A DNA stretch of 64,000 nt from an uncultured virus (IMG/VR IMGVR_UViG_3300044701_002726) (Duplodnaviria > Heunggongvirae > Uroviricota > Caudoviricetes): the IMG/VR virus record IMGVR_UViG_3300044701_002726. The stretch is one strand, 5' to 3'. The stretch's first letter is position 1, and each line of letters begins with the position of its first letter. Below the pieces are notes generated by a model. The model saw nothing but the letters and a program-made list of their open reading frames with translations. It was not told the origin of the DNA and did not search any database. Both the position numbers and the translations under genes were made by a program. Positions 58,697-64,000 of the stretch are shown here, piece by piece.

Positions 58697-60361
58697 TTAA
58701 AAACTCCTTGATATGACTGTTTTTGTTGCGATTCTATTTACCGCAGAAATAAATGGTGGTCCAGAAAGTTCACCAGTGTCAGCGTTAATTTCTAATCCCC
58801 CAACAAATATTGCAGAACCTTGATCGTCTTGACCACTTGCTATAACCAATCCTCTTTCCAATTCAAGTATACTATCTTGTATTTTAGCAGAGTTTTTAGC
58901 AGGAGGTATTTTGGTTAATGCTACACCTGCCATTACTCCACTCCAAGTATGTCCTATAGCAGTTATAGTAGAAGGTTCAAGTATTCTTTTTGGATTTTGT
59001 AATGTATTATTTATTGCAGCCACAGTATTGATAACTATAGTTTGTGCATTTCCGCTTATACCAGGCAAAGCATTTATTTCGTCTCTTAAATAATCGAAAG
59101 AATACTCAAATGCTGCTTGCTTATCTTGTGTAAAAACTGGTTTTGTGTTTGCATCCCAAGGTGTAGGATCACTTGGATCAGCTTCTGTTGTAAATAATGA
59201 TTTAGTAAAATCTAATATTGGTTGTTCATTCTTAGTCAATAAGACCCATCTAAGTGATTGTAAAAATGTTGCAGCATCTCTTCTCGTAAATTCTTCATCT
59301 TCGGCGTTCCAAGTTGCAGTATAACCTTCTGATACTAAAGAGGTCCACAGACTGTCAATTAAAGCTTCAGTATATTCATCGATTAGTTGATCTGCTTCTG
59401 CACTTTGTGCTTCAGTTATGGAAATTGTTCCTATTTTATATGGGTCAATTATTTGACGAACACCTTTGGCAACCATTGTGTAATCACCAAATTGTGTACT
59501 ACAGCTTGATAGAATTATTTGACCCCCACTAAGAGCATAAAAGTGTCTATGTGCCCACAAACAAACAGCATTAACAGCGTTAATTAAACCACCATTTTTT
59601 GCACAATATCCAATACCGTTATGTGAAACTGGAGTAGCACCCCATGTCATAATATTAGGAAATATACTATACGGTGAACATACTGAACCATCTGCTAATG
59701 CGACTCCAGCACCTCTACCAACATAAGGATTTGGTTCACCTTCTTCTGGGTCTCTGTCTAGAGGAGGAGCTACAAATGACCATGTTGGTGTAGTTCTAAC
59801 TGCTATCTTGTGTGCATATGGTACTCTTCGTATTACAGCACCAGGCCTAAATGAAACAGCAAATCCTTCAGTTGGATTATCCATATCATCTAAACGCCAA
59901 TCTTCAAATATTGGCCCCTCTAAGAAACAACCAGAACCTAAACGAAACACATTTCTTTCTTCAAATCCTGGTTTTGGACGAAAGACAGCACTTCTATGTG
60001 CAGCTCTTATAATCGTATCATCTGGAACATCTAAATGACCTTCAGTTAAATATACTCCAGCTCCTAATTCAATAAGGGTCAACATCTCTAATTCTTCTAC
60101 AACTTCTAAAGCCTTTTCAATCGTTTGAAATGCTCTGTCCCAAGATTTGCCGTCAAAATTATCATTACCATATGGTGAAACATAAAAAACATTTGGTGCT
60201 TGACCATACTCTCTTAAGTCTTTAAGAAAGTTTTCTAGTGTTATCTTTTTTGTTTTTAAGTAATCGTCTTCTTCTTCAAGATCAACCATCACTAAAAGAT
60301 TATTCGCAGTATTAGAACTTACTGTTTGTAGTTCTGGCAGTTGCGTAATTTTAATAGGCAT
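58697..60361 (-). CDS. pectin-lyase-like beta-helix fibre protein, paralog of 42965-44368
   Basis: YVSPYGNDNFDG, SGGQ..LSSCSTQFG, STITAIGHTW..V.AG; N-terminal KITQLP..TKKIT. Confidence 0.7.
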   Translation of the reverse strand: MPIKITQLPELQTVSSNTANNLLVMVDLEEEDDYLKTKKITLENFLKDLREYGQAPNVFYVSPYGNDNFDGKSWDRAFQTIEKALEVVEELEMLTLIELGAGVYLTEGHLDVPDDTIIRAAHRSAVFRPKPGFEERNVFRLGSGCFLEGPIFEDWRLDDMDNPTEGFAVSFRPGAVIRRVPYAHKIAVRTTPTWSFVAPPLDRDPEEGEPNPYVGRGAGVALADGSVCSPYSIFPNIMTWGATPVSHNGIGYCAKNGGLINAVNAVCLWAHRHFYALSGGQIILSSCSTQFGDYTMVAKGVRQIIDPYKIGTISITEAQSAEADQLIDEYTEALIDSLWTSLVSEGYTATWNAEDEEFTRRDAATFLQSLRWVLLTKNEQPILDFTKSLFTTEADPSDPTPWDANTKPVFTQDKQAAFEYSFDYLRDEINALPGISGNAQTIVINTVAAINNTLQNPKRILEPSTITAIGHTWSGVMAGVALTKIPPAKNSAKIQDSILELERGLVIASGQDDQGSAIFVGGLEINADTGELSGPPFISAVNRIATKTVISRSF

Positions 60362-62762
60362 TTGAATCCTCTGTTGATATTACATTAGGTTTGTTATTCT
60401 GAGTAGTCGCAGCCAATTCTCTCCAATACTCAGTGACAACACCTCTGTAGTATGGATATGGCACATAAATCGTCAAACCAACATTAGTTGATGTGAATTC
60501 AAAAGGTTCAGAAACAGTTATCGTTGTATTATTTATAATAGTATTTACAATTCTTATTTCAGAATTGACTACTATGTAAGTTCCTTCTCCAATTAATCCT
60601 AAAGTATTTGCCAAAACAAAATAAGTGTTGGTTCCAGTAATTGTGTAAGAACCAGCAGTAACATTAACAGAACCAGTTCCAGCAAGTTCTTTTGATACAT
60701 TTTCATATACTGATTCTGTAGTTAAAACTTCAACATTATCTTCAAAATTATATCTAGCATAGTTTATAAAACCAGTTGGATTTAAAAGATCATTTGCTAA
60801 TTTTCTGTAACGATTAAACTCTATTTTTGAAGTTATAACATAAGAAAAATCAATGTAGTAATTTTCTCCCTGTATTCGCATCTCATCTGATGACAAAAGG
60901 CCATCTGCACTTGTCCATTTTCCAGGTAAAGAAATATACGAAGAAGATATTGTCGATGTTAATTGAGCATCACCATTTCCACTAGTTGTCAAATCTGGAA
61001 GTGGACTTGATTCATAACCACTACCCTTATCAACTATTTCTATATTTAAAATTTTCCCAGCTATTCCGTCATCAACATCATACTGAAATTCAGCACCTTC
61101 GTGCATAAACAAATCAACTTCTAAGTTCGCACCATTTCCTTCACTATTAACTTTTATTGTTGGTAAAAAATCTTTTCTATAATTTATGCCACCATCTAAA
61201 ACTCTAACGCTTGTTATTACTCCATTTGAACTCACAGTATTAACTTCTGCTCTAGCTCCTCTGCCAAAATAATGATTTTTATGTACAAACAATATTTCAT
61301 CACCAACACTATAACCTTGTCCACCATTGTTTATTTTAATTGATGCTATGGAACCAATATCTATTATTGTCACATCATCGTTAGTTATTGGATTTGTATA
61401 TAGAACAATATCATCAATTACAAAAGTTGTATTTGGCGTATTTGGTATTTCACTTGTTAAAATAAAAATATCTAATAGAGGTCCTAATCCATCAAGAGTA
61501 AATAAATTTAATGATTCAGAAATAACAGAATTTAAATTTATAGTTTCCCCATCTTTAAATCCATAATCTGAAGAATCTATGTTGCTAGATGCATATTCAT
61601 CAATAACATCAATATTATAACGAATGAAATTTGGCCCACTTAAAGAAGTGTCATCTACACTACTAATTAATGCTTTAAATTGAGTTGTTGTGTAATTATT
61701 AGCATATATTTCTGATCCTGCTCTATAACCTTGACCAGTTTTATCAACCTTTACAAATAATTGTTCAATTTTTCCAGAACTAACTTCAGAAACAAAACCT
61801 GTTGCTTTCCTAGCACTTTTTCCTAAAAAATTAATAGAATCACCAACATTATAATTACTGCCAGGTCTAACTATCTGTATATCTTGAACTTCAGACAAAG
61901 ATTGAAAACTAAATGGTATAATTTTATCATCTACAATAACATTACAATCTATAATTTCTCCGTTTATAAAATTGCCAACTTTAGTTTTTTCATCTATAAA
62001 AAATTGAAAAAAATCTTCTCCAGCAATTCGCCGTCTTCCAACATTTTCTACTAAAGCTTTAGCACCAGATTTTTGTCCAACTAATTGTCTATTATTAAAA
62101 ATATCTAAATTAAAATTCGTTAAATATCTAACTTCTACTTTTTCATAAACAGATGGATCTTCAAGTAAAATAATTTTTTTTAATTCTTTTCTAAAAGCAT
62201 ATTGTTCAATCAAATTTCCGTCAAATCTAACTTCTACTTGATTTTCATTTAATTCATATGGTAAATATAAAACATCTGTAATTGAATTTGCAGTATATAC
62301 ACTAGTTACTACAGGTTCAGTTCTTAGTATATTTTCAATTATCCATTTGCCATCTGAAGCTCTAAGAATATTATTCCTTGGATACTCTACTTTTATTTCT
62401 TCTTGAAATAAAAGTCTAAACAATAATTCAAATGATTTAAGTGTTCCTTTTGATCTATACAAAGGTAAAACATTCTTCATAAAAAATGTTTTATCAAACA
62501 CACTCTCACTAGGAATTAATGAAGCAAATGTGTTAAAAAAGTTTTCTTCAAATCTCTCTAAAGATTCATCTAAATCAAAAGCATTTTTAATATTTTTTGC
62601 TTCTTCTATTAAATTATTTTTTTGACTAGTAGAATTAGAATAAAATTGTTCTTTCTCTAAAAACTCATAGTATGCTTCTAAAAATGAAATAAAAAGAGGA
62701 TATTCTTCTCTTACATATTCTGGTACTTGTCTATTGACTAATAATGATGTTCTTAAATCCAT
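60351..62762 (-). CDS. gp7: baseplate wedge initiator
   Basis: QVPEYVREEYPLF..FLEAYYEFL, YRSKGT..SF.LLFR, YYIDFSYVI, PTGF. Confidence 0.85.
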   Translation of the reverse strand: MDLRTSLLVNRQVPEYVREEYPLFISFLEAYYEFLEKEQFYSNSTSQKNNLIEEAKNIKNAFDLDESLERFEENFFNTFASLIPSESVFDKTFFMKNVLPLYRSKGTLKSFELLFRLLFQEEIKVEYPRNNILRASDGKWIIENILRTEPVVTSVYTANSITDVLYLPYELNENQVEVRFDGNLIEQYAFRKELKKIILLEDPSVYEKVEVRYLTNFNLDIFNNRQLVGQKSGAKALVENVGRRRIAGEDFFQFFIDEKTKVGNFINGEIIDCNVIVDDKIIPFSFQSLSEVQDIQIVRPGSNYNVGDSINFLGKSARKATGFVSEVSSGKIEQLFVKVDKTGQGYRAGSEIYANNYTTTQFKALISSVDDTSLSGPNFIRYNIDVIDEYASSNIDSSDYGFKDGETINLNSVISESLNLFTLDGLGPLLDIFILTSEIPNTPNTTFVIDDIVLYTNPITNDDVTIIDIGSIASIKINNGGQGYSVGDEILFVHKNHYFGRGARAEVNTVSSNGVITSVRVLDGGINYRKDFLPTIKVNSEGNGANLEVDLFMHEGAEFQYDVDDGIAGKILNIEIVDKGSGYESSPLPDLTTSGNGDAQLTSTISSSYISLPGKWTSADGLLSSDEMRIQGENYYIDFSYVITSKIEFNRYRKLANDLLNPTGFINYARYNFEDNVEVLTTESVYENVSKELAGTGSVNVTAGSYTITGTNTYFVLANTLGLIGEGTYIVVNSEIRIVNTIINNTTITVSEPFEFTSTNVGLTIYVPYPYYRGVVTEYWRELAATTQNNKPNVISTEDSNAY

Positions 62763-62763
62763 T

Positions 62764-63999
62764 TTATGTTACTAGTGTAGTAGATATAGAAGATGGGTCA
62801 TTTGGATCTATAGTTATGATAGTATTTTTGTTAGATTCAATTATAGAATTTCCAGCACCAACATCTAATTTTATAAAATTGTCTGTTGCATAAGTAGAGA
62901 GGACATTAAGATTGAATAAATTTATTTCTCCAGTATCATAGTCTATGGTACCAACTTCTGGATTAACAATTTGTCTTTCTGTATTTTCATTAAAATATAT
63001 TAAACGCAAAATACCAAATTTGTTGTTAATTATAGATACAGCAGAAGCACCAAAACCACCACCACCACTAATTGTAACTGTGGCTTTTGTATAATTTTCA
63101 CCAGGACTTGTTATTCTTATAGACTCAATTCTACCATTTACTATTTTAGCTCTAGCAGTAGCACCACTACCATCACCAGTAATTATGACTGTTGGCTCTG
63201 TTACATAACCTGAACCAGGATTTAAAACAAGAATATTATAAATTCCAGAGAAAGAATCTAGAACTTCCTCAATTTGAACTTTTCTTCTAACACCAAAATT
63301 ATCAAACACATCAAACTCGTCTGAAATAAGTCTGTTTAAAATATTACCTTGTATCAAAGGTTGATTGAATCGAATATTATAATTTGTAGATACATTCAAC
63401 TGTGGTAAAAATCTTTTTTCTAATCTCAAAACAGAATCTACACCAATTATAGAAGGATCAATCTTGTTCATCTCTTCTTGTAACTTAGAAAGAACAAATG
63501 TCTTATTAAAATTATTTACATTTGTTTCAAAAAAGTTTAAGATCAATGTTCTTAGATTATTCTTAAATGTTTCTATGCTTATGAGATTTTTTTGTGGATC
63601 ATATTTTACAGTATTAAATATTTTAACAAAAACAAATTCAGGATCTCTAATTATACTTTCTATAGATATTACAGATTTTGGTTTAAGTATCTCTTCTACA
63701 ATTCTTCTTTTTTCGGTTTCAGAAATAAAATAATTGTCTTTAGTTTTCAAAGAAATAAATATTTTTCCAAAAATTGGTGGACTCTCTTCATTACCACCCC
63801 AAACAGATACAGCCTCTAAACCTGGATAATTTTGCATCAAATACTTTTCATAATCTTTATTTGTTATTAATCTGTTCTGTGAAGCATAATGTAAAGGTGC
63901 ATAAAACTTAATAGAATCAATAGATTCTCTTTCTAAACCACCAGTAGAAGATTGAACTACTGTAATTGACGATCTTATTAATTCATCATTTATACTATC
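62764..63999 (-). CDS. gp6: baseplate wedge subunit, 5'-truncated
   Basis: Frame stays open to the window edge: GGLERESIDSIKFYAP..SQNRLIT..DY, VWGG.E..PP.FGKIFIS, G.IDYDTG. Confidence 0.92.
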   Translation of the reverse strand, partial: DSINDELIRSSITVVQSSTGGLERESIDSIKFYAPLHYASQNRLITNKDYEKYLMQNYPGLEAVSVWGGNEESPPIFGKIFISLKTKDNYFISETEKRRIVEEILKPKSVISIESIIRDPEFVFVKIFNTVKYDPQKNLISIETFKNNLRTLILNFFETNVNNFNKTFVLSKLQEEMNKIDPSIIGVDSVLRLEKRFLPQLNVSTNYNIRFNQPLIQGNILNRLISDEFDVFDNFGVRRKVQIEEVLDSFSGIYNILVLNPGSGYVTEPTVIITGDGSGATARAKIVNGRIESIRITSPGENYTKATVTISGGGGFGASAVSIINNKFGILRLIYFNENTERQIVNPEVGTIDYDTGEINLFNLNVLSTYATDNFIKLDVGAGNSIIESNKNTIITIDPNDPSSISTTLVT

Positions 64000-64000
64000 T

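Noticed and set aside
1..64000. Stop-codon reassignment, introns or inteins, tRNA genes
   Set aside because: Core genes are full length and uninterrupted in the standard code; intergenic gaps are short with no cloverleaf seen

Overview
This is a 64-kb segment of an AT-rich, T4-like myovirus genome with exo-T4/cyanophage-style gene order and essentially all genes on the minus strand. Read right to left, it contains: baseplate wedge genes (gp6 partial, gp7, gp8, DUF4815-type protein); a ~18-kb accessory fibre cluster; neck, tail, packaging and head genes (gp13-gp23, gp3), with a GIY-YIG-like homing endonuclease between gp19 and gp20; uvsY/uvsW, gp55, gp47/gp46; a modification block (peptide deformylase, Asp/Asn-hydroxylase-type 2OG-Fe(II) oxygenase, GNAT, amino-methyltransferase); a metallopeptidase-vWA/CobS(MoxR) pair; and a small HTH gene cut by the window edge. 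The most notable observations: (1) a duplicated three-gene fibre cassette (beta-helix protein, small adaptor, Gly-X-Ser collagen-like stalk) set in an apparent plug-and-socket grammar of terminal motifs; (2) about 1000 residues of Pro-poor (Gly-X-Ser)n repeats that share identical DNA blocks between genes; (3) a predicted H-type pseudoknot at the 5' end of the HTH mRNA; (4) operator-flanked early promoters, an antisense sigma70 promoter, and RBS-sequestering hairpins. All calls come from motif recognition and synteny by eye; no database searches were run.
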